64,000 nucleotides of DNA from Anaerolineaceae bacterium (GTDB taxonomy: Bacteria > Chloroflexota > Anaerolineae > Anaerolineales > Anaerolineaceae), in the NCBI GenBank assembly GCA_016936755.1, contig JAFGXF010000135.1, forward strand, positions 28,323 to 92,322, in the 5' to 3' direction. The position numbers and the translations under genes are program-made. A model generated the notes under the pieces. The model saw only the letters and a list, made by a program, of their open reading frames with translations, searched no databases and was not told the DNA's origin. Of this stretch, positions 18,600 through 28,656 are shown in pieces (position 1 is the stretch's first letter; the number at the start of each line of letters is the position of its first letter).

Positions 18600-19157
18600 C
18601 TATGTGAGATGTGTGACAACGATGTGTACACCAATGCAAATCAGAATCAGACTGCCAATGATTTCCATTCGCTTCCCCAAAAGTGAACCAAGTGCGCCGC
18701 CAAAACGGGTTCCTATCAGAGAAAGAGCTAATGAAACCATCCCAATAATCAGGACGGAAATCAGGATGTTGCTATCCAAAACTGCAAGACTAAAACCGAC
18801 AGCCATTGCATCCAGGCTGGTTGCCAGACTCAGGAGGATGAGCGTTGTTCCACGAGTTGGATCCCCGCGATGACTCTCCTGTTTCGGGTTGAACCCGGAT
18901 ATGATCATGCGAATACCAACGAAAGCCAGAAGGCCGAATGCCAGCCAGTGATCGAAATCCGAAATTAAAGTCACAATTTGCGTTCCGGCCACCCAACCCA
19001 GCACTGTCATGGCCGCCTGGAAAAGCCCAAGATGAAGTGCCAGGCGGATTCGGCAATGCCAGTTGGTGCTGTAACAGGATGTGCCCACACCCAGTGATAC
19101 TGCAAACACATCCATGGCCTGTCCGAGTGCGATCAGAAATAGTGATGATATGTACAT
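18600..19157 (-). CDS. mntP: manganese efflux pump MntP family
   Basis: Two internal repeats, AMDVFAVSLGVG and SLDAMAVGFSLA, with 6 TM segments. I set the start at ATG 19157 (185 aa, the typical family length) rather than the track start at 19226. Confidence 0.75.
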   Translation of the reverse strand: MYISSLFLIALGQAMDVFAVSLGVGTSCYSTNWHCRIRLALHLGLFQAAMTVLGWVAGTQIVTLISDFDHWLAFGLLAFVGIRMIISGFNPKQESHRGDPTRGTTLILLSLATSLDAMAVGFSLAVLDSNILISVLIIGMVSLALSLIGTRFGGALGSLLGKRMEIIGSLILICIGVHIVVTHLT

Positions 19158-19253
19158 GATAGCGTATTTAAGATTGAGTAATCTACCCCTAAATGTATCT
19201 GAAAGGTTTCGTATTATACCCGGCAAATTAATGATGGCTGGGCAATTGAGTGG

Positions 19254-19520
19254 TCATTCCTGCAAAATCAGGTTCAGAATGGAAATTACCCTTCGAGAGC
19301 GATTGCCTTCTAGGATGGTGACTCCACCTGGTTGACCCGATCGGTTGCTATGTTTCAGGAATATATTATGAGACTGAGTCGCAAACGGAGGATCGGGTTT
19401 TTCCTGGTCATCATCCGGATCACCATGTCTGTTGAAAATTAACAATGTATCTGTGTCTCGTGTGATTGTTGCACTCGGAATGGGATCATCGTTGAGTTCT
19501 TTATCGTACGTTGTGAACAC
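19254..19520 (-). CDS. hypothetical acidic protein
   Basis: GTG start with GGAG 7 nt upstream. No family recognised. Confidence 0.4.
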   Translation of the reverse strand: MFTTYDKELNDDPIPSATITRDTDTLLIFNRHGDPDDDQEKPDPPFATQSHNIFLKHSNRSGQPGGVTILEGNRSRRVISILNLILQE

Positions 19521-19590
19521 TTATTTCTCCGTATAAAAAAAATCCCCATTATGAGGGGTGTTTTAGATAAGACAATATTGAAGAATTAGC

Positions 19591-19905
19591 TTAGTCTTTA
19601 TGTTTAGCAGAGGTTGCCTCTGCGGATTTTGACTTTGTTGTGTCACTGGTCATCTTTTCAGGTGTGGTGACTGGACTATCAACCTTGGTGTTTTTTTCCG
19701 CCGTCGTGGAAGGCGCACCGGAAGGAGAACGATGGTCCGTAGCATAAAAACCTGATCCTTTAAATACAATACCAACCGGGGCGTAGACTTTCCTTAAGCT
19801 TTTTTTATTACACTCCGGACAATACCTCAACGCCTGATCTTCATATTTCTGGTAATAATCAAAGCGGATTCCACAATTGTCACATTGATAGGTATAAGTT
19901 GGCAT
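19591..19905 (-). CDS. FmdB-family zinc ribbon protein
   Basis: MPTYTYQCDNCG....YCPECN...LRKV, with a low-complexity tail. Confidence 0.85.
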   Translation of the reverse strand: MPTYTYQCDNCGIRFDYYQKYEDQALRYCPECNKKSLRKVYAPVGIVFKGSGFYATDHRSPSGAPSTTAEKNTKVDSPVTTPEKMTSDTTKSKSAEATSAKHKD

Positions 19906-20014
19906 ATTTCATCTAACCGTAATATAGATCCATACTGAGCAACTATTATACCTGTTTAATTACTATTTCCATGTTAAATATCTGTTAACATATAAGATAA
20001 AAATATCATTTTGG

Positions 20015-22549
20015 TTACAACAGGTTGGGGGGATCCATTTCAACTTTCCATCCTTCCGGCAGTGGGGAATCCGAGATGAATTGTGCCGGATCAGGACCCC
20101 TCAGGATTAATTGCCATCTAAAAAGCCCTTTTTCACGTGCGAAGTAACAGGGGGCTGGTCCAATTAGATCAGTTGACCGTCGCTCACTCCGCTCAAGCCA
20201 AACCTGGGCTTGAGCTGCCATCTGATGCGCAGCCAATTCAGCTTGTTCAGACTGGTGATGGCGATATTCCATGCGCAACAGGTGCGAAAATGGTGGATAG
20301 CGAAGTTGACGGCGATATTCCTTCTCCATACGATAAAAGCCTGCAAGGTCATGTTGTGTGACAGCCTGAATGGCATAATGATCCGGTTGGTAGGTTTGGA
20401 GTACAACATTCCCACCCAGTGTGCTGCGCCCTGCCCGGCCGGAAACCTGAGTGAGGATTTGAAAGGTTCTCTCTGCTGAACGGTAGTCTGGCAGGTTGAT
20501 ACTGATATCCGCAAGGATCACACCTACCAGCGTTACCAAAGGCAGATCAAGTCCTTTGGCGAGCATCTGTGTGCCAATCAACACATCTGCCCTGTGTTGT
20601 GAGAAATGAGCCAGAATTACTTCATGAGCCCCTTTTTGCCGGGTGGTGTCATGATCCCAGCGCAAGGTTTTTATCTGCGGGAAGAGACTTTGGAGCTCAC
20701 TTTCCACCCGCTCGGTCCCGACACCCAGGGCTTGGATCTGGTCGCTAGCGCATTGCGGGCACTTGTGGACCTGCTTGCGGGTATAACCACAGGAATGGCA
20801 AAGCAATTCACCCAGGGGATTGTGAAGCGTTAGTGGTTTGTCACAGTTCGGGCATTTCAGTGTCAATCCGCAATTACGGCAAAATATGTAGGTCGCGCTT
20901 CCCCTGCGGTTGAGAAAGAGAATGGCCTGGTGGTTTGCCGCCAGTGTGGCTCGTAAAGTCGATAGCAATAAACGGCTGAAGATTGAGCGGTTGCCAGCCT
21001 TTAATTCCTCACGCATATCGACCATGTGAATACCTGGCAATAGACGGGGCGACCGATTGCTATCCACCGGCAACCCGGTATCAGAAGTGGGGGATGTCAT
21101 CTGGCTGTCATCAGATGAAGTGGTAAAAATTCGATTGGGTAATTTCAATTCGCGCCACTTACCTTGTTCGGCCTGATAGATTTGGGTCACATTCGGGGTG
21201 GCTGAACCCAGTATTACCATGGCTTTAGCCAAGAAGCCATAGGCTGCCGCCGAGTTTGCAGCGTGATAATAAGGCATGGCTTCTGATTGATAGTATGCTT
21301 CTTCATGGCATTCATCTACTACGATCAGGCGTAAATTCGGAAATGGCGTAAAAAGAGCTGATCGGGGACCGATTACAACCGAAAGAAGACCTGCTCGTGC
21401 CCGCCGCCAGGTATCATAACGCTCACCAATTGAAAGGCGTGAGTGGATGACCCCCACACGACCCGGGAAACGACCCAGAACCCTTCGGATGGTTTGGGGC
21501 GTAAGTGATATTTCCGGGATCAAGTAAATCGCCTGTCCACCCAGTTGGATGACAGCCTGGATCGCCCGTAAGTATATTTCGGTTTTCCCAGACCCGGTCA
21601 CTCCGTTTAAAAGGATTGGCTGGATGGAGATTCCATCTGAAAGTGCAGAGAGGTCGTTCTGTATTTCATCCCATACTGCTTTCTGCTCCTCTGTTAAGAT
21701 CGGAGTTTTTTCCAAGGGTACTTCATAATCCTTGAGAGGATCCCGCCACACCTCCGATTCACTCAGCAGGATCAGTCCCAACTCCTCAAGATATTGCAAA
21801 TCAGACAGGTTGGCGCGGGATGCAGCATATACCCAGGCAATATCCACCGGCCACGGTTCGGCTGCCAGGAATTGCAAAACAGCCATCCGCCGTTCAACAA
21901 CTTGTGTCTGATGTCCAAGAGTGGTTGAATACTCAGAGATTTTCTCGGCTGGGATGGCCAGCTGAGCAGTGCGGATATATTTAGGACGCACCGCTGGTGG
22001 GGGCAGGTGACTGGACGAGGTTACCAGACCCCTTTTCTCCAGTGATCTGACAGCCACTTTCCAGTTCTGGCGTGGTAGTGCCGCTTGTATTTGCCGACCA
22101 CGCAGACTACCGCGTTCCCCCAGCAATTTGACCAGCCTTGATTCCAGCGGGTTCAATGTTCCTGCAATGGGTACAGGCTGACCAGGAACTGGTCGCACCA
22201 GTATATCCACATGCTGGCTGAGTCCCGGTGGGATCATCGCATCCAGACAGCACGATAGTGGAGCCAGGGTCTCCCGGGATAACCAATCCGCCAGCTTCAT
22301 CTGGGCAGAGTTAATTACAGGTGATTCATCGACCAGCTCCTCCACCGGTCGGGTTTGGGCAACATTAGGTTGTGTAGCAATGCGGGTAACAATACCCTGT
22401 ACTCGCTGGTTGCCAAAAGGGACAGTTACCATACTACCCGGAGTGACCCGGTCTATCAGATTTTCGGGGAGATGATAACTGAATGTTCCAATGACTCGAG
22501 GCACATTAACAGACACTTCCACGTAAACAGACATGCCTAATTTAATCAC
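20015..22549 (-). CDS. priA: primosomal protein N' (replication restart helicase PriA)
   Basis: Motifs GVTGSGKTEIY, VVDECHE, zinc-binding CRNCG..CPNCD..CHSCG..CPQCAS, and TQMLAKGLD. The start may instead be the ATG at 22534 (MSVYVEV). Confidence 0.95.
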   Translation of the reverse strand: MIKLGMSVYVEVSVNVPRVIGTFSYHLPENLIDRVTPGSMVTVPFGNQRVQGIVTRIATQPNVAQTRPVEELVDESPVINSAQMKLADWLSRETLAPLSCCLDAMIPPGLSQHVDILVRPVPGQPVPIAGTLNPLESRLVKLLGERGSLRGRQIQAALPRQNWKVAVRSLEKRGLVTSSSHLPPPAVRPKYIRTAQLAIPAEKISEYSTTLGHQTQVVERRMAVLQFLAAEPWPVDIAWVYAASRANLSDLQYLEELGLILLSESEVWRDPLKDYEVPLEKTPILTEEQKAVWDEIQNDLSALSDGISIQPILLNGVTGSGKTEIYLRAIQAVIQLGGQAIYLIPEISLTPQTIRRVLGRFPGRVGVIHSRLSIGERYDTWRRARAGLLSVVIGPRSALFTPFPNLRLIVVDECHEEAYYQSEAMPYYHAANSAAAYGFLAKAMVILGSATPNVTQIYQAEQGKWRELKLPNRIFTTSSDDSQMTSPTSDTGLPVDSNRSPRLLPGIHMVDMREELKAGNRSIFSRLLLSTLRATLAANHQAILFLNRRGSATYIFCRNCGLTLKCPNCDKPLTLHNPLGELLCHSCGYTRKQVHKCPQCASDQIQALGVGTERVESELQSLFPQIKTLRWDHDTTRQKGAHEVILAHFSQHRADVLIGTQMLAKGLDLPLVTLVGVILADISINLPDYRSAERTFQILTQVSGRAGRSTLGGNVVLQTYQPDHYAIQAVTQHDLAGFYRMEKEYRRQLRYPPFSHLLRMEYRHHQSEQAELAAHQMAAQAQVWLERSERRSTDLIGPAPCYFAREKGLFRWQLILRGPDPAQFISDSPLPEGWKVEMDPPNLL

Positions 22550-22568
22550 AAGAAATGGAATTCGGGTG

Positions 22569-23546
22569 TTAATTCGGGCCCAGAATGAGGATCAGGCTTT
22601 CACCACTGTACCATTCAATCGGCGTGGGGATTGGCTTGGATAGATACAAATAATCTGCCAGATATAACGCGGCCTGGTTCGGTCCAGTAAAGCGATCATA
22701 ATCATCCAATTGCATCCACGGGTAGAAACGTGCCATGAGAGAGGATACGGTTTGTATGTCATACTCGAAGCGTTGGACGCTGTCAGGGTCCACGATGATG
22801 GGTTGATCAGTCAACAGGATGAATTGATCCGGTAGTTGCGCAATAACCTGTTCCAGACTGGTCAAAAAAACATCCGGATAAAGCTCACTACGGTCTTCAA
22901 AGGGCAGGTTTGCGGTGACATGGCTTAAATATGGATCGAAGGGATCATTGTCATCCATCAACCGTAACTTTACATAGGATGGACCGCCGGCTGGGATGAT
23001 TGCCATGGGTACATCCTTACCGAATGTGCCGCCAACAATCAGGCGGGCTGTTTGCATATCTGTTCCAACTTGTCGACGGATATTAAGATAATATATCGTC
23101 AGATTTTTTCCAATAATGGTAATGGTTTCTCGATGGATGCCGCGATCCATTAACTGAAAACTTAAAGTGGCCGAAAAACGGATCACCTGGCCTTTACTAT
23201 CCCAGTCAATATCTGTGATGTGACTGTAGGCCCAGTCGATGACCTTGTTGTTGACATCCCGTTTCAACCATAGTTGTGCTGGTCGCAATTCAGCAGGAGT
23301 TTCACTGGGTGTGGCAGTAGTGGTAGGTGGTGGGGTGTGGGTTTTGGTCGGGGTTCTGCTTGGCCGGGGGGTGACTGTTGGCAGGGGGGTAACGGTGACC
23401 GTGATGGTGGATGTACTCGTGCTTGTGAGTGTCAGCAGGTCCTCTGGTTGGTTGTTATTGCATCCACAGGCAAAAATCAGTGAACTAATGATGGTTAACC
23501 AGAATAAGGCTTGTTTGGGGAGTACAGGAGAAGGATGGTTTGTCAT
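22569..23546 (-). CDS. lipoprotein with Thr/Pro-rich linker
   Basis: Signal peptide plus lipobox LIFAC, then TSTSTSTITVTVTPLPTVTPRPSRTPTKTHTPPPTTT. Its stop lies 20 nt upstream of the priA start. Confidence 0.6.
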   Translation of the reverse strand: MTNHPSPVLPKQALFWLTIISSLIFACGCNNNQPEDLLTLTSTSTSTITVTVTPLPTVTPRPSRTPTKTHTPPPTTTATPSETPAELRPAQLWLKRDVNNKVIDWAYSHITDIDWDSKGQVIRFSATLSFQLMDRGIHRETITIIGKNLTIYYLNIRRQVGTDMQTARLIVGGTFGKDVPMAIIPAGGPSYVKLRLMDDNDPFDPYLSHVTANLPFEDRSELYPDVFLTSLEQVIAQLPDQFILLTDQPIIVDPDSVQRFEYDIQTVSSLMARFYPWMQLDDYDRFTGPNQAALYLADYLYLSKPIPTPIEWYSGESLILILGPN

Positions 23547-23735
23547 ATGGAATCCAATGACCTGCTGGATTAGATGATTTTACTTACTACTTACCGGATC
23601 TTAGTAGGATTCAGGTATTCCACAATATTCGACACATTTGGCATGGTTGTCCCTCATCCATACACAACCGGATTCTCTTATCCAGTGATAATAAGTACTG
23701 CAGGCAAGATTTCATTACAATGAAACACCAGATGA

Positions 23736-24581
23736 TCATTGGGATTTATATATTACTGCGGATGCATAGCCTACCACCGAGGATAGATCGCCTGTCACGT
23801 CACCTGACGTGGCGCGATCTAATATTGCCACTTTGTCTGCACCTAAACCGCGGGCGGTCCACAGGATTGTGGCGATCGCACCCAGTCCACAAGCAAACCC
23901 GCGTGAATCTGCCTCAACCCGATAAAGGTCCTCAGGAGAAAAACCATTGATGGCCTCTAACACCGCATCATCCAGTTGTTTTGCTTCTGATTCAGGAAAA
24001 AAATGGGATAAGTCAGAACTAGCCACAAGCAGTGTGCCCTCGGGTAGTGTCTTCAATAGTGCATCTGCCAAAATTCTGGCAACAGAAGGTGATTGATCAC
24101 GCAGCATGATCGGTACCAGGTCGAACCCTTCCTGGAATACCCTTTGCAGGAAGGGAAGTTGAATTTCTAATGAGTGTTCCTGATCGCGGGGAACCGGTGT
24201 AAGGCCTTCCTTGATACTGATCTGGACTATCTGATCAAGTTGACTGATCAGCTCGTGATTAACAGGAACCATACCAAGGGGAGTAACGTAGGCATCATGA
24301 GCCGTGGTTATCAATCTCCCCGGGTGATACTGGTGCATGGGGGAAACCACTGCCACTGTATGTATGGGCATACCCTGCACCGACCGATAGGCATGCGCGG
24401 CCACCTTCCCGGAATAGTGATGCCCGGCATGTGGCACGGTGATGGCCTTGATTTCGCCTTGAACCGATGTCGGCAACACCGCAGACAGGTATTCATCAAC
24501 TGAACGGCGTAATGCCTGCTCAGTACCTGGATACCAGGTTCCAGCAATCGGTGAAGGTCTGGGATTTTGGACAACACCCAT
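23736..24581 (-). CDS. Memo-like protein (AmmeMemoRadiSam system protein B family)
   Basis: Motifs GTWYPG, VPHAGHHYSGKVAAHAY, SSDLSHF. Confidence 0.8.
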   Translation of the reverse strand: MGVVQNPRPSPIAGTWYPGTEQALRRSVDEYLSAVLPTSVQGEIKAITVPHAGHHYSGKVAAHAYRSVQGMPIHTVAVVSPMHQYHPGRLITTAHDAYVTPLGMVPVNHELISQLDQIVQISIKEGLTPVPRDQEHSLEIQLPFLQRVFQEGFDLVPIMLRDQSPSVARILADALLKTLPEGTLLVASSDLSHFFPESEAKQLDDAVLEAINGFSPEDLYRVEADSRGFACGLGAIATILWTARGLGADKVAILDRATSGDVTGDLSSVVGYASAVIYKSQ

Positions 24582-24647
24582 GTCTGTATTCTAACATTAA
24601 TGGCTATATGGTCTCACCTGTGAGCCCACAGGAGATTTGATTAAGTG

Positions 24648-25868
24648 TTAGAAGGCGGGAAGATAATCTTTTGGATTGACCGGAGTTCCGTTGTAACGTA
24701 TTTCGAAGTGAAGGTGAGGTCCAGATGAATTACCAGTTGAACCCAATGCACCGATAACGTTGGTTTGCCAGACGCTTTGACCACATTGGACTATGATTGA
24801 GTCCTCCAGTAAGTGGGCATAATATGTCACAAAGCCGTTACCGTGATCGATTATCACCAGGTAGCCGTAGCCAACGTTAGACCAACCGGCATAGATAACA
24901 ATACCGTTGTCAGATGCGAAGATCGGTTCACCGGACTTTCCGCCGAGGTCGATTGCATTATGGTTGGTTTCAGGCGACCAGTCATATCCAGTGATGGCAT
25001 GTGAGATGGTTGGCCAGATGAACATCCCGACCCCGTAGGCGCCATCCTCGATCACCTGGCCACAGGCACCCGGACCAACACCACTGGCGGCGCCTGGATT
25101 GGCACGGGTGATGCTTGGCATCAGATTGACGAAAGATGCATACCCATCGGGAACAACCAACATCGTTCCGGGTTCTATGTTCGGGTTCGAAAGATCACCA
25201 ATAGCTTCAAGACTCAGGTTATTTCCCGGATAATTGATGATATCCTCAGGGGCGACACCATAGAAACTCGCAACACCGTTTAGCCCTTCTCCAGCACTCC
25301 AGCGATGATAGGCACCTTCAACTGGAAGGATGTTCAAATTCATCCCCGGGGTAAGGTTTTCGGGGTCGTTACCCATTGTAAATCGGTTGGACCAGAAGAT
25401 GGTTTCCGGTTTTAAAGTGAATTTTTCAGCAATTCCGAAAAGGGTATCGCCCTTCTCAACAATATAGGTCTGGATATCCGTCCGGCTGCGATTGGGGATG
25501 GTGGTATGAATTGATGCCTGACGGGTGACTCCTTCAATGGGATTGTCCACCAGGGGTATGGTTAATGAATCTGGTGAAACTTGTGTGGGAGATGAACTCA
25601 TAAAGTTCATCGGGCCCCCATTACCGGTGGCAGCGCTAACTCGCGAGTTGACATAGAATCGGTTCATCACCCAGGCAATCAGGATGAAAAAAATAATCGA
25701 GACAACAGCTGTACCGATCTTTAATGCACTTTCGCCCAAACCCATGCGCACCAATTTCTCCCATAAACTGGTCTGGGAATTGCTATCGATATTTTTAGGG
25801 GAAGGTCTTTCTTCAATCATCCGCCCCTCATCATAATCATCCAGGGGCAGTATTTTTTTAACTGGCAT
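24648..25868 (-). CDS. LysM domain M23 family metallopeptidase
   Basis: N-terminal TM anchor, LysM (YIVEKGDTLFGIAEKF), and M23 motifs HNAIDLGG and GSTGNSSGPHLHFE. A possible promoter is TTGACA (25917-25912) with TATTAT (25893-25888). Confidence 0.9.
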   Translation of the reverse strand: MPVKKILPLDDYDEGRMIEERPSPKNIDSNSQTSLWEKLVRMGLGESALKIGTAVVSIIFFILIAWVMNRFYVNSRVSAATGNGGPMNFMSSSPTQVSPDSLTIPLVDNPIEGVTRQASIHTTIPNRSRTDIQTYIVEKGDTLFGIAEKFTLKPETIFWSNRFTMGNDPENLTPGMNLNILPVEGAYHRWSAGEGLNGVASFYGVAPEDIINYPGNNLSLEAIGDLSNPNIEPGTMLVVPDGYASFVNLMPSITRANPGAASGVGPGACGQVIEDGAYGVGMFIWPTISHAITGYDWSPETNHNAIDLGGKSGEPIFASDNGIVIYAGWSNVGYGYLVIIDHGNGFVTYYAHLLEDSIIVQCGQSVWQTNVIGALGSTGNSSGPHLHFEIRYNGTPVNPKDYLPAF

Positions 25869-25953
25869 TCAGATTACTCCAGTTTCATAATAACATGCAT
25901 TTTTTATGTATGTCAAGTCAATAATGAGACCAGGATGAGAAAATCTCGGGTGA

Positions 25954-27021
25954 TTAAATAACGTTAATGGAATTTCCCGGAATAACCCGGCCGATGTTCC
26001 ATGCCGCTTGACCCAGTTGCTGTGTGCGCTTGAGAAAAGATGTCAGTTGTTCATCTGGAACTGCCAGTAACAGTCCGCCACTGGTTTGTGGGTCAAAAAG
26101 CAACAACTGCTGAACATCGTCCAGTGAATTACCAAAAGAGATATGCTTTGCGTAATAATTAAAGTTGTCACTGGCTCCGCCGGGGAAGCAACCGGCTTCG
26201 GCATATTTACGGGCATTCGACAGGAAAGGCACCTGGTGGTGATTGATCTGCATCCCAACTTGTGATGCCTGCGCCATCTCCCAGGCATGCCCGAGCAAGC
26301 TATAACCGGTGATGTCGGTGGCTGTAGTTAAATGAAATTCGCTTGCCAACTGGCTGGCAACCCGGTTCAGTTGTTTCATCCATGTAACCGCTTCAAGCAC
26401 ATCTTCTACAGCAGCTTTCTCTTGCTTCAAGGCAGTGGTGATCACGCCGATTCCCAGCGGTTTGGTGATTACCAGATGGTCCCCGGGTTTGGCAGATTTT
26501 TTGGTGAGTATCTTGTTGATGTTAACACGGCCCAGAACAACCAGGCCGAATTTGGGCTCAGGGTCACGGATGGTATGCCCACCAGCGATTATCACGCCCG
26601 CCTCACTGGCTTTTTCAGCTGCGCCGCGCAGGATGGTTTGCTGGATTTCCAGGTCCATGTCTGGGGGAAAAGCGGTGATATTCAAGGCCAGGAAGGGTTC
26701 TCCACCCATGGCGTAAACATCTGATATGCTGTTGGCAGCGGCAATCGCACCATAATCATAGGCATCGTCGACCACAGGGGTGAAGAAATCCGTGGTCAGA
26801 ACCAGGGCGTATTCTTTGTCCAATTGCCAGACCGCGGCATCATCCGGATGATTGAGACCGACCAATAACTGAGGATGGTCGCTCTCTTTATATAATGTCT
26901 TCAGTGGAGTCAGGACCTGCTCCAGCGCATCCGCGCTCAGTTTGCCTGCTCAGCCAGCACAGGAAGCCAGGCTGGTCAGGCGTATCTGACGCCCACTTTG
27001 GCTTTTTGTCTCTTTTTTCAT
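25954..27021 (-). CDS. selD: selenide, water dikinase SelD with in-frame UGA (selenocysteine) at 26952-26950
   Basis: The track ORF (25954-26865) lacks the SelD N-terminus. Extending upstream in the same frame gives MKKETKSQSGRQIRLTSLASCAG-[TGA]-AGKLSADALEQVL...LLVGLNHPDDAAV. The TGA sits exactly where SelD has its catalytic Cys/Sec, three residues before the conserved Lys. Downstream motifs are TTDFFTP and IAAANSISDVYAMGG. Confidence 0.8.
26911..26948 (-). other. candidate SECIS stem-loop immediately 3' of the selD UGA
   Basis: The mRNA reads CAGG-caaa-CUG-AGCGC-GGAU-GCGCU-ggag-CAG-gu-CCUG. The apical loop GGAU lies about 21-24 nt after the UGA. Folded by eye only. Confidence 0.45.
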
Positions 27022-27097
27022 CACCTGTTCTCGAAAATTGAATTACCCGGGGTGTATCTTATATCAGATTCCAGACATGGTGTATTCGGATGCGGCT

Positions 27098-27775
27098 TTA
27101 TAGTGTTTCTTCATCATCCGATGAATCAATTTCCATTAAATCGCCAGTGGCGATAAAAACCGTTCGTTCACAGATGTTGGTGACACGATCAGCCATCCGT
27201 TCAAGGTTGTGTGCGACCCACAGATATCGGGTGGTCTGGGAGATTTTCTTAGTGTCGTGTGTCATGGCTGATATCAGGGCTTCATACACCGTGGCATATA
27301 AGGCGTCCACTTCATCATCTTCCATTGGAATTGCATTTGCCAAACTGGAATCTTCATCAACAAATGCACCAAGTGCGCGATGTAACATATCGGTGGCCTT
27401 ATTGGCCATTTTCTCGATATCGTCCATCTTAATGGGTGGGGTTACAGCCCCCAACTTTAGCATGATCTTGCAGATTCCCTTGGCGTAGTCACCCATGCGC
27501 TCCAGTTCGCCTGCAACTTCCAGGATGGCTGCCAGAATACGAAGGTCGTGAGCCATGGGTTGTTGTGTGGCGATTAAAATGATGATGGCATTTTCCAGGG
27601 CGTATCGTTTGTCGTTTATTTCTTTATCAGAGTTATAAATGGTATGGGCGGATAAAAGGTCACCCTTTTTTAAAGCAGTCACAGCCGAGATCATGGATTG
27701 CTCCACCATGCTTCCGAGGATCAACACTTCGTTTTTCAATATGAAGATTTCGTTATCCAGACCCGATCGCGGCAT
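27098..27775 (-). CDS. phoU: phosphate signalling complex protein PhoU
   Basis: 225 aa with two PhoU repeats (ER.GD.A..I pattern: ELERMGDYAKGI, NLERMADRVTNI). Located downstream of pstB. Confidence 0.9.
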   Translation of the reverse strand: MPRSGLDNEIFILKNEVLILGSMVEQSMISAVTALKKGDLLSAHTIYNSDKEINDKRYALENAIIILIATQQPMAHDLRILAAILEVAGELERMGDYAKGICKIMLKLGAVTPPIKMDDIEKMANKATDMLHRALGAFVDEDSSLANAIPMEDDEVDALYATVYEALISAMTHDTKKISQTTRYLWVAHNLERMADRVTNICERTVFIATGDLMEIDSSDDEETL

Positions 27776-27870
27776 AATAATCTGCTCCGTATATATTCAC
27801 CAGTATACAAAATCCATTATAACCAGATTGTCTTTACTATGAATACTATTTTAATAAACCATCGTTTAAA

Positions 27871-28656
27871 TTACCCATAACGTCCTGTGATGTAATCCTC
27901 TGTTTGTTTTTTACGCGGGCGGGTAAAGATCTGGCTGGTTTCTCCATACTCGACCATTCTTCCAGCTCTATCCTCGTCCATTGTAAAAAATGCTGTGAAG
28001 TCTGACACACGGGCAGCCTGTTGCATATTATGTGTAACAATGATGATGGTGTATTTCTTGGATAGGCTGCGCATCAGTTCTTCAATCTTTAAGGTGGCGA
28101 TCGGGTCGAGCGCTGAGCAGGGTTCGTCCATCAATATGATATCCGGTTTGACTGCCAGCGCACGTGCAATGCATAATCTTTGCTGCTGGCCACCTGAGAG
28201 GGACAGGCCACTTTGGGTGAGATTGTCTTTGACCTCATCCCAAAGAGCGGCTTGAGTTAGAGAATCTTCCACGAGTTCATCCAAGCTATCCTTGTAGCCA
28301 TTGATCTTCGCACCCCAGGCAATATTTTCATATATGGATTTCGGAAATGGGTTGGGTTTTTGAAATACCATACCGATATGCTGACGTACAGAAACTGGAT
28401 CAACATCCGAGTCATATATATTATGTCCGTGGTAAAGAATCTCGCCTTCTGAGTGGCAGGTCGGAATAAAATCATTCATCCGATTAAAAGCACGCAGTAC
28501 TGTACTCTTTCCACATCCCGAGGGTCCAATAATGGCAGTTATTCTTCTGGGAACGATATTGAGATCAACATCCTTAACAGCACGAAAATCCCCATAATAA
28601 ATAGCCAGACTTCTGGTGGAAATAGCCGCTTTGTGATTATTTTGTGGTTGGCTCAT
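27871..28656 (-). CDS. pstB: phosphate ABC transporter ATP-binding protein PstB
   Basis: Motifs [35 protein letters not shown]. Confidence 0.95.
   Translation of the reverse strand: MSQPQNNHKAAISTRSLAIYYGDFRAVKDVDLNIVPRRITAIIGPSGCGKSTVLRAFNRMNDFIPTCHSEGEILYHGHNIYDSDVDPVSVRQHIGMVFQKPNPFPKSIYENIAWGAKINGYKDSLDELVEDSLTQAALWDEVKDNLTQSGLSLSGGQQQRLCIARALAVKPDIILMDEPCSALDPIATLKIEELMRSLSKKYTIIIVTHNMQQAARVSDFTAFFTMDEDRAGRMVEYGETSQIFTRPRKKQTEDYITGRYG

Noticed and set aside
19158-19340. A possible yybP-ykoY manganese riboswitch upstream of mntP.
   Set aside because: Only a loose AGGGGTAG resemblance lies about 35 nt from the ATG. The conserved GGGGAGUAG / CAAGAC elements and the required length are absent, and the space is largely taken up by an 88-aa ORF.
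23290-23440. G-run-rich + strand tract (several GGGG/GGGGGG runs), considered as a G-quadruplex regulatory element.
   Set aside because: It is the antisense of the Thr/Pro-rich linker coding sequence (ACC/CCC codons) of the lipoprotein gene. The composition is explained by the coding sequence, and the spacing between runs is irregular.
23574-23723. A 49-aa + strand ORF in the intergenic region between the lipoprotein gene and the Memo-like gene.
   Set aside because: It has no SD and no recognisable features, and it lies in a region expected to hold the minus-strand promoter. Probably spurious.
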